DNA of 64,000 nucleotides from Spirochaetia bacterium (GTDB lineage: Bacteria > Spirochaetota > Spirochaetia > UBA9216). The position numbers and the translations under genes are program-made. The DNA lies in the NCBI GenBank assembly GCA_963677925.2, contig CAXXYH010000004.1, positions 1,888,001-1,952,000 of the forward strand, written 5' to 3'. Positions 9,910-20,471 of the stretch are shown here, piece after piece (positions within the stretch are counted from its first letter, which is position 1; every line of letters begins with the position of its first letter). The notes beneath the pieces are model-generated. The model was not told the origin of the DNA and made no database searches. It saw only the letters and a program-made list of their open reading frames with translations.

Positions 9910-9945
9910 TCTGATTTACGACTAAATACTTTAAGCGATTTATAA

Positions 9946-10410
9946 ATGAAATATATAACGATGGATGAGGCTCTATTACTTATCCGGACCCCATACAGAT
10001 TTTATAATGCTATGAAAAAGAATCTGACTCTCCCGGATGATATATCTGTGAACCAGACGCAGGCTCATACACTCCTGATACTTCGGGAGCAGGGGGCTGT
10101 TTCAATGCATGTACTCGGCCGGCTCACAGGGATAGTGAAAGGGTCTCTGACCCAGGTTGTTGATGCACTGGTTGAAGCAAATCTTGTTGAGCGTAAAAGA
10201 GCCACTGATGACAGGCGTGCAGTGCTTGTTTCCATTACAGCAGAAGGGCTGAGTATGACAGACAGGCTCGATGAGAATCTAATCGAGCATACTGAATCCA
10301 TATTGAGTGTTTTTTCTGAGGAACAGAGACGGGGCATTATGAAAGCACTTAAAGTTATTGATGACAGTCTTAACCTTATGGAAAAGAGAGAAGATAATGC
10401 AGCAGAATAA
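9946..10410 (+). CDS. MarR family transcriptional regulator
   Basis: wHTH (KGSLTQVVDALVEANLVER) and DRRAVLVSITAEG wing motif. Confidence 0.92.
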   Translation: MKYITMDEALLLIRTPYRFYNAMKKNLTLPDDISVNQTQAHTLLILREQGAVSMHVLGRLTGIVKGSLTQVVDALVEANLVERKRATDDRRAVLVSITAEGLSMTDRLDENLIEHTESILSVFSEEQRRGIMKALKVIDDSLNLMEKREDNAAE

Positions 10411-11755
10411 ATCGTCCTTTCTCGGGACAGAAAAACTATTTCCTTTACTAATGAAAATGTCTGTACCTGCAATAATTGGTATGATGGCCGCGGCACTTTA
10501 CAATGTTGTTGATACGATATTTGTAGGGCGTGGTGTCGGACCGCTTGGTATTGCCGGGCTTTCAATAGCTTTTCCTATTCAGATGATTGTTCAGGCTGTA
10601 GGTCAGATGATCGGCATAGGCGCTGCTTCAATTATTTCCCGAAAGCTCGGTGAAAAGAATTACGATGAAGCTTCCCTTGCTCTTGGGACAGCTATTCTTT
10701 CTATCGCCATATTTTCTATTGTGATTGTTATTGGTATTGCTGCCTTTTTCAGACCGATACTATCGCTTTTCGGCGCTACCGAAACTATTATGCCTTATTC
10801 TGTTGAATATCTGCGCAATGTTATTTTCGGATTTCCCTTTATTGCTATTTCTATGGCTGGTAATAATATGATCAGATCCGAAGGGAAGGCCAGAACTGCC
10901 ATGGGTACCATGCTCATAGGTATGGGGCTGAATATAATCCTCGACCCGATTTTTATTTTTGTACTTGATATGGGAATTCAGGGTGCCGCCCTTGCAACTG
11001 TGATTAGCCAGTTTTGTTCGTTTGTCTGGGTTGCTCTTTTTTATCTCACAAAGAAAAGCTCTATTCGACTTGATCGCGGCCATATGCATATTAAAGGAGC
11101 TTTTCTGCGTGAAATGCTGGTGCTGGGGCTACCTAATGCGGTTCAGTCTGCAGGGATAAGTATACTAGCGGTGATAGTAAACAATACACTGGGGCTGCTT
11201 GGAGGAGACCTGGCGATATCTACATATGGAATGCTTCACCGGCTGCTCTCATTTGTTTTTATGCCGATGATTGGTCTGGCCCAGGGATTCCAGCCAATAG
11301 CGGGATATAACTTCGGTGCCCGTGAGTACGGAAGGGTAAAACGGATTCTTTTTCTGGCTGCCGGAACTTCCATATCAGTGTCATCCTTTTTCTTTTTCTT
11401 AATAAGAACGTTTCCGGATTTTTTTATAGGATTATTTACCGTGGATGCTGATCTTATAGCAAGCAGTTCCAGGGCTCTTAAAATCATGTCGCTTGCTATG
11501 CCGTTGATGAGTATACAGATCATTGCAAGCGTATATTTTCAGGCAATCGGGAAGGGAATTGCATCGTTGCTTCTGGGTCTTTCAAGGCAGTTTCTTCTGC
11601 TTATCCCAATTGTCCTCATCCTGCCGAGGTTTATAGGTGTTGACGGGATCTGGGCGGCCTTTCCTTCATCTGATTTCTTATCGATCACAATTTCACTTGT
11701 TGTAATGTCTTTTGAGTTGAGGCAGCTGAAACGGCTCGAAAGCGGTAAATTATAA
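10397..11755 (+). CDS. MATE family efflux transporter (MepA-like)
   Basis: ALYNVVDTIFVG and NIILDPIFIF motifs, about 12 TM; likely start ATG 10397 overlapping the marR stop. Confidence 0.93.
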   Translation: MQQNKSSFLGTEKLFPLLMKMSVPAIIGMMAAALYNVVDTIFVGRGVGPLGIAGLSIAFPIQMIVQAVGQMIGIGAASIISRKLGEKNYDEASLALGTAILSIAIFSIVIVIGIAAFFRPILSLFGATETIMPYSVEYLRNVIFGFPFIAISMAGNNMIRSEGKARTAMGTMLIGMGLNIILDPIFIFVLDMGIQGAALATVISQFCSFVWVALFYLTKKSSIRLDRGHMHIKGAFLREMLVLGLPNAVQSAGISILAVIVNNTLGLLGGDLAISTYGMLHRLLSFVFMPMIGLAQGFQPIAGYNFGAREYGRVKRILFLAAGTSISVSSFFFFLIRTFPDFFIGLFTVDADLIASSSRALKIMSLAMPLMSIQIIASVYFQAIGKGIASLLLGLSRQFLLLIPIVLILPRFIGVDGIWAAFPSSDFLSITISLVVMSFELRQLKRLESGKL

Positions 11756-11890
11756 TACCATTTCGCCGGATGTTTTATGGAATCGGTTATCTTAGAAAAG
11801 AATATGGTGCTCTGTCGGCAGAATCAAGTTATATGAAAAATTTAAAAAGAGCTCAGCCGTAATAATCTAAATAGGGATATAATAATCCCT

Positions 11891-12640
11891 ATGCGGATTG
11901 GAATAATAAGTGATATTCACGGTAATATCTATGCATTTGAAAAGGCTGCAGCGGAATTAACAGCATATAAACCCGATTTTATAGTCTTTCTGGGGGATCT
12001 TGTTTTCAACGGCCTTTATCCTCTGGAATGCTATGATCTGCTGAAAAGTCTTAACCCTAATATATGCATCAAGGGAAATACCGATTCAAATATTGAAGAG
12101 TTCCCTGACTTCAAGCCTCAAAACGATTTTGAAAACAGCCTGTATTCGATGATAGAATTTACAGATGCACGGATAAACAGTGAGTGCAGGGCTGAGCTTA
12201 AAAGCTGGAAAATCTCTGAGAAACACATATTTGATAATACTGCTATACTCTTCTGTCACGGCAGTCCCTGGTCATTCAAGGATAAACTGACCCTCGAAGA
12301 CAATGATCTCAGAATACTTTTAAATCAGCTTGAGAATGAACCCGGTCATCATATCATCTGCGGCCATACCCACATAAGTGAGCAGTTTGATTATGCCGGA
12401 AAACGAATCACCAACTTCGGTGCGGTCGGCTACCACTATGATAAATCGGATATGACAAGGTATGGTATAATCGAAACAGGCCGAAAGACTGAATTTATAT
12501 TCAGGGAAGCAGCATATGATGTTGAAAAATATAAGGCAGATATCAGGAAACAGAATTCTGTATTTGCGGATGATTTGCTGATGCTTCTTGAATATGGAAT
12601 GAGAAAAACAAATGAATTGAAGTACAAGAATAAAAGTTAG
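11891..12640 (+). CDS. Metallophosphoesterase family protein (YfcE-like)
   Basis: SDIHGN, GDLV, GNTD, HGSP and GHTH motifs. Confidence 0.9.
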   Translation: MRIGIISDIHGNIYAFEKAAAELTAYKPDFIVFLGDLVFNGLYPLECYDLLKSLNPNICIKGNTDSNIEEFPDFKPQNDFENSLYSMIEFTDARINSECRAELKSWKISEKHIFDNTAILFCHGSPWSFKDKLTLEDNDLRILLNQLENEPGHHIICGHTHISEQFDYAGKRITNFGAVGYHYDKSDMTRYGIIETGRKTEFIFREAAYDVEKYKADIRKQNSVFADDLLMLLEYGMRKTNELKYKNKS

Positions 12641-12643
12641 GAT

Positions 12644-14059
12644 ATGTTTATGGATTTCAAAAAGGTTATTCTGATGCTGGTAGCAGTACTGCTGTTTCAC
12701 GGTTGTGAGAAAGAAGAGTTTCAGTATGTAAGCAATGTAAATATCATCGATGTTAAAACCGGAAATATTATTACAAATCAGTTTATTGAAATAAATCACG
12801 GAATCATAAGCAGAATCGGCAATATGGCTGAGCTTCCCGTGAAACACGCAGAAATAACTGACGGTAAATCAATGTATGTTACCCCCGGACTTACCGACAT
12901 GTATGTATACTTCAACAGTAAATCTGCAGACCTTGATTTCTGGAAAATTCACACAGGTGATCGGCTGATTGCTGCAGGGGTTACCGGCATAAGGGAAGGC
13001 GGTCTTAAGGGGATATCAGCTGATTTTATAGAAAATATTGATGAGTATTTGGGGGATAAAACATCAGGTCCGGATATTGTTCCGTGCCTGTATGTGAACT
13101 ACAGTACGGCAAAATATTATGAGTCGGTCAATGATGCAATGGAAGCTCTAAATGCCGGTTATATGAAACTTCAGAGAAAGATAGGTTCTCCTGAGTTTGA
13201 GAATATTCTGAAGTACGCGGAAGAATACAATATTTATTCCTCGGCTACCTTGTATTCGATTGAAGAGTTTTACACTGCCGTATCACTTGGGCTTGATGAG
13301 ATTAATAAGACTGCAATTATTGGTTTGTTTTTAATGGACCAGGAAACTTCAGATAATCTGAACTGGATAGATGAGAGAGAAACCTGGCCGGCAATGGATG
13401 AATACTTTTCGAAGTATTATCAGCTATCCAATGCTGAACTCACAGAAATTATTAAGGATGAGCTGGACGAAGTGCTCAAAATCATTGCTGCAAATGATAT
13501 TGTCTTATCTACCTGTCTTGCGGCAGATGAAATATCTGCGATGAAAATTACATCACCGGATGAATATCTTGAATATGCGGAGAAAAATAAAATTCCCAAG
13601 TATCGTGACCGAATTTTTATTTTTAACAGACAGGTCTATGGTGATCATTTCAGACTTGAGGCTGTCCCTGAGCATGTAATCTTCCGTTACAGACTCGACA
13701 GACTCCTGCTGAAACTATTTCTTGAATATGAAATTACATTACTTGCAGGGACTGAACTTTCCCAGCAGTCCTGGTATGGGCTGGCCCCAGGGATCTCGCT
13801 TCACGATGAGATGCGCATACTGACTGAAAACGGGTACAGTAACCTTCAGGCCCTGCAGACTGCAACGCTTAATCCGTCTGAGACTTTTATAAAGATGGGT
13901 GTTGAGCAGAAGCGGGGGCTTATTGAAGCCGGATATGCAGCAGATCTTGTTTTCACAGTTGAAAACCCGCTTGAGAATCTGAGCATTCTCAGAGAGCCTG
14001 TTCGGGTAATGAAATCCGGAGACATATATGATGAAGATATTCTTCAGTTACTTCGCTGA
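12644..14059 (+). CDS. Amidohydrolase-family lipoprotein with degenerate metal-binding motif
   Basis: Lipobox LFHGC; PGLTDMYVYF at the HxH position; ALQTATLNP and GLIEAGYAADLV. Confidence 0.78.
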   Translation: MFMDFKKVILMLVAVLLFHGCEKEEFQYVSNVNIIDVKTGNIITNQFIEINHGIISRIGNMAELPVKHAEITDGKSMYVTPGLTDMYVYFNSKSADLDFWKIHTGDRLIAAGVTGIREGGLKGISADFIENIDEYLGDKTSGPDIVPCLYVNYSTAKYYESVNDAMEALNAGYMKLQRKIGSPEFENILKYAEEYNIYSSATLYSIEEFYTAVSLGLDEINKTAIIGLFLMDQETSDNLNWIDERETWPAMDEYFSKYYQLSNAELTEIIKDELDEVLKIIAANDIVLSTCLAADEISAMKITSPDEYLEYAEKNKIPKYRDRIFIFNRQVYGDHFRLEAVPEHVIFRYRLDRLLLKLFLEYEITLLAGTELSQQSWYGLAPGISLHDEMRILTENGYSNLQALQTATLNPSETFIKMGVEQKRGLIEAGYAADLVFTVENPLENLSILREPVRVMKSGDIYDEDILQLLR

Positions 14060-14598
14060 GATGGCAGCATTGTAATCGGGAACCTGTACTGCATATACAG
14101 CAGCGAAATATTGATGATAATGCAGAGTGCAAGGCATACTGCATAGATTATTTCGGTCCCAAGTTGGTAATCGGTGGCGGTAATTAGAAAAAATACCTGT
14201 CCCGCCAATGCGAGTGTGCAGAATATTAATGAGAAGACTGCAGAAAATTTTATTCTTCTGAATGCACCACGAACATCCCGGTAGGTCATTTTGTCTTTAA
14301 CAAAAAGAAGACTTGTCCCCCCGATGAATAAATATATGAGAGGGATGATATTTAGAAACCACGCCGCTCCTGTATAAGCTTTTTCAATTCCGGTGCTTGC
14401 CTGAAGACTTGCAAATACCCACAGTGCTGCAAATATAAGGATAAGTGAGATATTTATAATTTTAAACGGAAATACCCCTGATTCTGTATTTGCCAGCTTG
14501 TAGTATTCACCTGTATAAACATACCTGTAGCGCAGTTTACCATTATCGTTATCGTAAGGCTGTTTCTGCCATCCCTGAAAATACCAGTTTTGTTTCAT
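14044..14598 (-). CDS. Hypothetical membrane protein
   Basis: Four hydrophobic segments; YRYVYTGEYY; start 14598 preferred over 14634. Confidence 0.65.
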   Translation of the reverse strand: MKQNWYFQGWQKQPYDNDNGKLRYRYVYTGEYYKLANTESGVFPFKIINISLILIFAALWVFASLQASTGIEKAYTGAAWFLNIIPLIYLFIGGTSLLFVKDKMTYRDVRGAFRRIKFSAVFSLIFCTLALAGQVFFLITATDYQLGTEIIYAVCLALCIIINISLLYMQYRFPITMLPSQRSN

Positions 14599-14714
14599 GC
14601 TTATCAGTATACCTGTAATCGACCGGCTGTCCAATAAAGAAGCCTGATTCTCCGTTATTAGGACCGGGTGATATTGGAAGAATCAGGCTGGATAGATGGC
14701 TGAATTAATATATT

Positions 14715-16634
14715 TTAAATCTGGCTTGCTGCAGCATAGGCTGAACGCATCGATGTCATAATTGTTCCTCCCTGCTCACAGTCGCCTATAATGTAGTAAT
14801 CGGCTTTACCGTTATAGAAAGCCAGAGCCTTTTCTGTTAAGGGTTTTGTTCCGGCCGCAGATATTACTGTATCAGCTTTCAGGCTGAGTTCCTGGCCCGC
14901 TTTCTGATACAGCACAACATTATCTCTGATTTCAGTTACTGAAGCCTCTGTGATTACGCTGAGATTTTTCTTGTTTTTCCATTCTTCGTCAAACGTTTCA
15001 CGGTAGTGTATCGGATTAACCTCGGGTGCAATCTCATTCCTCATTTCGAGTACAGTTACATTATGTCCCTTATCTGCCAGAAACATTCCGGTTTCCATTC
15101 CGACTTCTCCTGCTCCGATGATTACAACATCACCCCTTACTTTTTCAGGAGCAACAAGTGCTGAATGTGCCGTAATAACATTGGCGGATTCTATGCCTTT
15201 AACCGGAGGCATTACCGGAACAGTTCCGAGTGCAATAAATACGGTATCAAATCCTTCTTTTTCAAGCAGTTCGGGAGTTGCTTCAGTGTTAAGTCTTACA
15301 TCAATTACTTTTTTTTCAGTCTGATTGACCATGTAATTTAGGAAATCTTTAATCGGCCATTTGAAAGCAGGCATTGAGCCTGGAATCATCTGCCCTCCGA
15401 GGCTTCCGGATTTCTCGAACAACGTGACGCTGTTTCCGCGTTTTGTTGCAACAAGAGCTGCTTCCATACCTGCAGGACCTCCTCCGATGACGGCTATTTT
15501 CTTCGGTGCCGAAATCGGAGCCTCCTTTCTATGGAGATATGAGCTTATACCGAATTGCGGATTTACTGTACATGCGCTGCGGTAGGGGACATGGTGTCCG
15601 ATAACGTGACACTTGTTGCAGCGCACACAGGGAACAATGTCTTCTTTTCTTCCTTCTCGCATTTTTATGCCGTACTCATCATCACAGACAAAGGGCCTGG
15701 CCATTCCAATGAGATCCGCTTTTCCGGAGGCAAGAGCCTCTTCCATTACATCAGGATCCTGAAACCCTCCTATCGGCTCGATTAGAGTTTTAAGGTTAAG
15801 AGCTTTAAGTTCTTCTGCATATTCAAGAGTCGGATTGGGAATATGAAAACCCATCGGGTGGGAGATATCACCGTCCTCCATTCTGAGCTGAAGAATATCA
15901 ATCAGTCCCTCCGACATCTTTGCAAATTTCTTTGTATCTTCAAAAGTGTATCCGCCGGGAAGATCCTTAACGCTTAAAAGCCCTTCAAGTACAAAATCCT
16001 CTCCGACTTCAGCCTTTATTCTTCTGAATATTTCAAGAATAACCTTTGATCTGTTTTCCAAACTTCCGCCGTATTCATCGGTCCTGGTGTTTGTGATTGC
16101 AGAGAAGAATGCTCCTGCAAAAGAACTTCGGTATGCAAAATGGATCGACCCCATATCAAACCCGAGTTTTCTTGCAATCACAGCCTGCTCAACATAGGCA
16201 TCTATAAACTGATCGATAATTTCTTTTGTATAAGCCTTTGCCTTCCTTTCCGGACGGTCTATCACATCCCACTCGGGCATAATCGGGCGTGTAATATTCA
16301 AAGATGCTTTTCCGCCGTAATAGTGTATTGCATCACAGAGCATAATCAGATAGTTCTGGTGGGTCGGCTCATACATATCAAAAACCGGAAAGTGGTCGGT
16401 ATCAAATCCTATTTTCATTCCCTTCATTCCTATCGGTGCGTAGGTGTGTGCAAGGGTGACAACGGCTGCTCCGTTTTTTGCTCTGTTAGCCAGGAGCTCA
16501 ATAAGGTCTGTTGTAGGGTATTTTTCCGGCCCCATTAGAAAGTGGGGGAGGGAGTTTGAAGCAACGATTCTGTTTTTCAGAATCATATTTTTAACCTTAA
16601 TCGGTGAAAAGATATTTGAATAGTTTACGCTCAA
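14715..16634 (-). CDS. NADH:flavin oxidoreductase (old-yellow-enzyme TIM barrel + Fe-S + FAD/NAD domains; FadH/BaiCD-like)
   Basis: IFSPIKV..LKNRIV, NTRTDEYGGSLENR, CVRCNKC..C Fe-S motif, IGGGPAGME; TTG start at 16634 after AGGAGG. Confidence 0.9.
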   Translation of the reverse strand: MSVNYSNIFSPIKVKNMILKNRIVASNSLPHFLMGPEKYPTTDLIELLANRAKNGAAVVTLAHTYAPIGMKGMKIGFDTDHFPVFDMYEPTHQNYLIMLCDAIHYYGGKASLNITRPIMPEWDVIDRPERKAKAYTKEIIDQFIDAYVEQAVIARKLGFDMGSIHFAYRSSFAGAFFSAITNTRTDEYGGSLENRSKVILEIFRRIKAEVGEDFVLEGLLSVKDLPGGYTFEDTKKFAKMSEGLIDILQLRMEDGDISHPMGFHIPNPTLEYAEELKALNLKTLIEPIGGFQDPDVMEEALASGKADLIGMARPFVCDDEYGIKMREGRKEDIVPCVRCNKCHVIGHHVPYRSACTVNPQFGISSYLHRKEAPISAPKKIAVIGGGPAGMEAALVATKRGNSVTLFEKSGSLGGQMIPGSMPAFKWPIKDFLNYMVNQTEKKVIDVRLNTEATPELLEKEGFDTVFIALGTVPVMPPVKGIESANVITAHSALVAPEKVRGDVVIIGAGEVGMETGMFLADKGHNVTVLEMRNEIAPEVNPIHYRETFDEEWKNKKNLSVITEASVTEIRDNVVLYQKAGQELSLKADTVISAAGTKPLTEKALAFYNGKADYYIIGDCEQGGTIMTSMRSAYAAASQI

Positions 16635-16783
16635 GGCGGTTACCTCCTGAGAAATTTCAGACATCATTCTATAGGCATTTCGGGAATAGTTGAAATATAA
16701 ATTTGTACCATTTGTTATGCAGAATTAGAATAAAGATTGAAATAATATACCTGCTCTGATAGAATCTCAGTCAAGGTTAAGGG

Positions 16784-17677
16784 ATGACATTAGAACATAT
16801 ACGATATTTTCTTGAAGTTTCCTCATGCAAAAGTTTTTCAAAGGCGGCTCAGAATTTATTCATTTCACAGCCTAATCTCAGTAAATACATCAAAGCTCTT
16901 GAGAATGAACTTGATTTCAAATTGTTTGATAGAAGTACTCATCATGTAAAACTTACTGATGACGGTAAAAAGTTTTTTAATTCCACTCATGATCTTTATT
17001 ATATTTTTACAAGCGCAATAGACAAGGTAAAGAAAAGCTCACAGCTTAATTATGAAATGTTGAATGTCGGGCTGTCTTTCGGCGAATGTTTATCTGATGA
17101 GCTGTACGAAATCTTTAATCAGTATAACAGTATCCCGGACGGAAAACAGAGGTATAAATTTTCGTATGACAATTTTGTTCCGTTGATAAATAAGCTGAAA
17201 TCAGGTGAATATGATCTGGCAATTACCACAGATCATAATATAAGAATGGATAAAAATATTAATTTTATAGAATTAACTCCTGTAAAACATGTTCTTGCAA
17301 TTAACAAGAATCATTATTTAGTTGATAAACCGGATTTGCTGCCCTCAGATTTTAAAGATGATATTTTTTATATGATTCGTCCTGATGAAGATGAACCCAA
17401 ACTTTATAATGTGGACTGGAAGGGTTTTTCAGAAATGTTTTACGGATTGAATATTGAACATGTAAGGACCTCGCTCGATGTCCTGCTTAATGTCCAGGCA
17501 GGCTCGGGAGTAGGTACTGTTCCTTCGAGTGTATTAACTGCATCATACCCGGATGTAGTTTTAAAACCATACAAAAATCCTACAAAGCACTCAATGCAGT
17601 GTCTAGCCTGGCATTCTGGTAATAATAGTCCTCAGATAAAATCACTTATTGCAAAGATAAAAACAATACTTTTATAA
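16784..17677 (+). CDS. LysR family transcriptional regulator
   Basis: SFSKAAQNLFISQPNLSKYIKALENELDFKLFDR HTH; divergent from the oxidoreductase. Confidence 0.93.
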   Translation: MTLEHIRYFLEVSSCKSFSKAAQNLFISQPNLSKYIKALENELDFKLFDRSTHHVKLTDDGKKFFNSTHDLYYIFTSAIDKVKKSSQLNYEMLNVGLSFGECLSDELYEIFNQYNSIPDGKQRYKFSYDNFVPLINKLKSGEYDLAITTDHNIRMDKNINFIELTPVKHVLAINKNHYLVDKPDLLPSDFKDDIFYMIRPDEDEPKLYNVDWKGFSEMFYGLNIEHVRTSLDVLLNVQAGSGVGTVPSSVLTASYPDVVLKPYKNPTKHSMQCLAWHSGNNSPQIKSLIAKIKTILL

Positions 17678-17814
17678 TAGATTTTTATTATTCGATATTG
17701 GAATAATATCCTGCCGAATTTTATATTTCCATCCTTGAAGAACTCAAGATAAGATATGGAAACAATGTTAAATACATTATTTTTTATCTAATCAATGTTT
17801 TCCAGGGAGGAAGT

Positions 17815-19395
17815 ATGAAATTCTATAAGAAGGCCTCTGTCCTTGCGGCCCTGATTCTGCTTACTGCAGTTTTATTCACTGGCTGCTCTAAAGAAGATGC
17901 ATCATCAGCAAGTGCGAAAGACTTCGGAGACGGCAATGGCGCTAAAGTACTGAAAATCGCTATGGATTCAGAGCCCAAATCCATGAACCCTGTACTCGCT
18001 TCAGGCGGCGGTAATTCTGTTATTAATAATGCAATCTACGGTTGTGTCTGGACTATTACCTGTGACGGTGAAACTAATTTTCAAATCGCAGAAAGTTATG
18101 AATATACCAACGATGAAAAAACAGAAATGGTGATCAAGCTGAGAGAAGATTCAAAATGGGAAGATGGAACCCCCATCACACCTGAAGATATTCTTTTCAG
18201 TTATGAATACTATAAAGAAGGACCTGCAGCCTTCCGTGTAATGAACATCGATTTTGAAAACTGTGCTGCAATTGATGAACACACACTGAAAATCAAAATT
18301 CACCGACCCTGGCCTACATTCCATGAAGATCTTGCCCTCATGCACATTATAAGCAGGGACCTTTTTGATGAAGGCGGCGTTGATGCGATCGGGCTGAATC
18401 CTAAAGCATCAGGTGCATATAAAATAAAGAGCTGGTCTCCCGGCAAGCCTATTGTGCTTGAAAAGAACCCGAACTACTTTGAGAAAGATAAACTTGAGTT
18501 TGATGAAGTTGAAGTTATCTGCCTTCCGGATGAAACTACCAGAATGCTTGAATTTGAAAGCGGAAGCTATGATGTTGTTTATCTGACCGCCAGGGATAAC
18601 ATAGAAAAGATAAGTAAGGGCAATGTTAAAGGAACACATATCCAGTACGGTAATATTCAGCAGGTTACATATATCGTTGTAAATACAATCGACTTTGAAA
18701 AGTTTCAGAACCTTAACATCAGAAGAGCTATTGCCCATGCTGTAGACTGGAAAACAATTGTAGAGGTTATCTGCGGAGACGGTTACACAATGCAGACCAG
18801 CCCGCTTTTTCCTTCAGCCAACTGGGCGTACAAGAACGAGGGTGTTTACGAATACAATCCTGAACTCGCCAAAAGATATCTTGCCGATGCCGGTTACGGT
18901 CCGAACGAGTTCCTCTTCACGATGAGAATAAGTAATGAAGATTTTAATTCTCAAATAGCGGAATCAATGCAGGCATATCTGGCAGAGGCAGGAATCAGGA
19001 TGAATGTCAGTCTTGGAGATACGCCTACTGTCCGTGAGGAAAACAGAAATAATACAATTGAGATGAGTTTTTCAAAAAGTATGGGGGCAGAGGATCCAAG
19101 CGGTGTTGTTAATGCAAGAATGAGTAATGCTAAACCCAATATTACCAAGTTCGGCGATCCTGCCATTCAGGCAGATTTTGATGCAGCCTGCACAAGCAGC
19201 GCACCGAAAGAAGAAAGGAAGAAGGTTTTCCAGGATCTACAGGACAGGATCTGGGAATGGACAAGCACATACCCGCTGTATGAATCAAAGGTTTGTTTCG
19301 GAGCCAAAGATTCAATTGGAGCATTCGACGGCGGAATTGATGCAAGCTCCGGATATCTCCACCTTGCAAAGTTCTATACCGGCCTCGCAAAATAG
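17815..19395 (+). CDS. Dpp/Opp-type ABC transporter substrate-binding lipoprotein (SBP family 5)
   Basis: Lipobox LFTGC; KWEDGTPITPEDI, GAYKI, IRRAIAHAVD motifs. Confidence 0.92.
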   Translation: MKFYKKASVLAALILLTAVLFTGCSKEDASSASAKDFGDGNGAKVLKIAMDSEPKSMNPVLASGGGNSVINNAIYGCVWTITCDGETNFQIAESYEYTNDEKTEMVIKLREDSKWEDGTPITPEDILFSYEYYKEGPAAFRVMNIDFENCAAIDEHTLKIKIHRPWPTFHEDLALMHIISRDLFDEGGVDAIGLNPKASGAYKIKSWSPGKPIVLEKNPNYFEKDKLEFDEVEVICLPDETTRMLEFESGSYDVVYLTARDNIEKISKGNVKGTHIQYGNIQQVTYIVVNTIDFEKFQNLNIRRAIAHAVDWKTIVEVICGDGYTMQTSPLFPSANWAYKNEGVYEYNPELAKRYLADAGYGPNEFLFTMRISNEDFNSQIAESMQAYLAEAGIRMNVSLGDTPTVREENRNNTIEMSFSKSMGAEDPSGVVNARMSNAKPNITKFGDPAIQADFDAACTSSAPKEERKKVFQDLQDRIWEWTSTYPLYESKVCFGAKDSIGAFDGGIDASSGYLHLAKFYTGLAK

Positions 19396-19405
19396 TTCTG
19401 ATAAT

Positions 19406-19431
19406 GCAGAAGCCTTCGGGCTTCTGCTTTT
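19406..19431 (+). terminator. Stem-loop/attenuating terminator between SBP and permease
   Basis: GCAGAAGCC-TTCG-GGCTTCTGC followed by a T tract. Confidence 0.7.
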
Positions 19432-19487
19432 AATTTTCAAAGGGCTGTAAGCTTCACTCAAATTTATTTTAATAACAGGATACTATA

Positions 19488-20471
19488 ATGCTTAAATACA
19501 TTATACGAAGGCTTCTGCTGATGATCCCGGTGCTTATCGGGGTTGTTGTCGTAGTTTTCACTATCAATTATTTTGCTTCCATCAGTCCGGCTTCTGTTAT
19601 ATGCGGATCAATGGCTACGGATGAACAGATCGCACAGAAAGAGCACGAACTTGGCCTGGATCAGCCGTATATTGTCCAGCTGGGTTCTTATTTCTGGAAT
19701 ATTATCTCGAAGGGCACCCTGGGAAAATCATACATCTACCAGACACCCGTTCTGGATACTATCCTTGAAAGACTTCCTGTCACAGCCAGAATAGGTCTGT
19801 TTGCCTCCATGTTTTCCGCAATAATCGGTATACCGCTTGGAATTCTGGCGGCTATAAAACAGAATAGTCCGGCCGACTATGGTTCAACTTTCTTCTCAAT
19901 ATTAATGGGTGCTGTACCACCATTCTGCCTATGTCTGCTTCTGCAGCTGATATTCGGCGTAAAACTCAAAATACTTCCCATATCCTCTCTCAACAGCTGG
20001 AAGGGCTACGTAATGCCGATAATTGCCGTCGGGATGATGCCGATTGCTATGACGATGCGTATGACAAGATCTGCAATGCTCGAGACTATCCGGCAGGATT
20101 ATGTACGGACCGCCAGGGCAAAGGGACTGCCTGAGAAGACGGTAATTCTAAGACATACTCTTAAAAACGCGCTTATCCCGATTGTTACAGTAGTAGGAAT
20201 GACAATAGGTTTTTCAATGACCGGTTCAATCATTGCTGAAACAATCTTCAACATACCCGGAATGGGTTCGCTCATGAATATAAGTATCGCATCGAAAGAT
20301 TTCATAACTACACAGGGCTGTGTTCTTGTCGCCGCTTTTATTATTTCATCAATGACGCTGATAACCGATTTGGTTTACGCCTTTGTTGATCCGAGAATCA
20401 AGGCCCAGTATGCCGGGACGAAAAAGGTTAAAAGAACAAGCTCTAAAACAGTTGAAGGAGCGACGGCATAA
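19488..20471 (+). CDS. ABC permease (DppB/OppB-like)
   Basis: LGLDQP; QDYVRTARAKGL EAA loop; DPRI. Confidence 0.93.
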   Translation: MLKYIIRRLLLMIPVLIGVVVVVFTINYFASISPASVICGSMATDEQIAQKEHELGLDQPYIVQLGSYFWNIISKGTLGKSYIYQTPVLDTILERLPVTARIGLFASMFSAIIGIPLGILAAIKQNSPADYGSTFFSILMGAVPPFCLCLLLQLIFGVKLKILPISSLNSWKGYVMPIIAVGMMPIAMTMRMTRSAMLETIRQDYVRTARAKGLPEKTVILRHTLKNALIPIVTVVGMTIGFSMTGSIIAETIFNIPGMGSLMNISIASKDFITTQGCVLVAAFIISSMTLITDLVYAFVDPRIKAQYAGTKKVKRTSSKTVEGATA

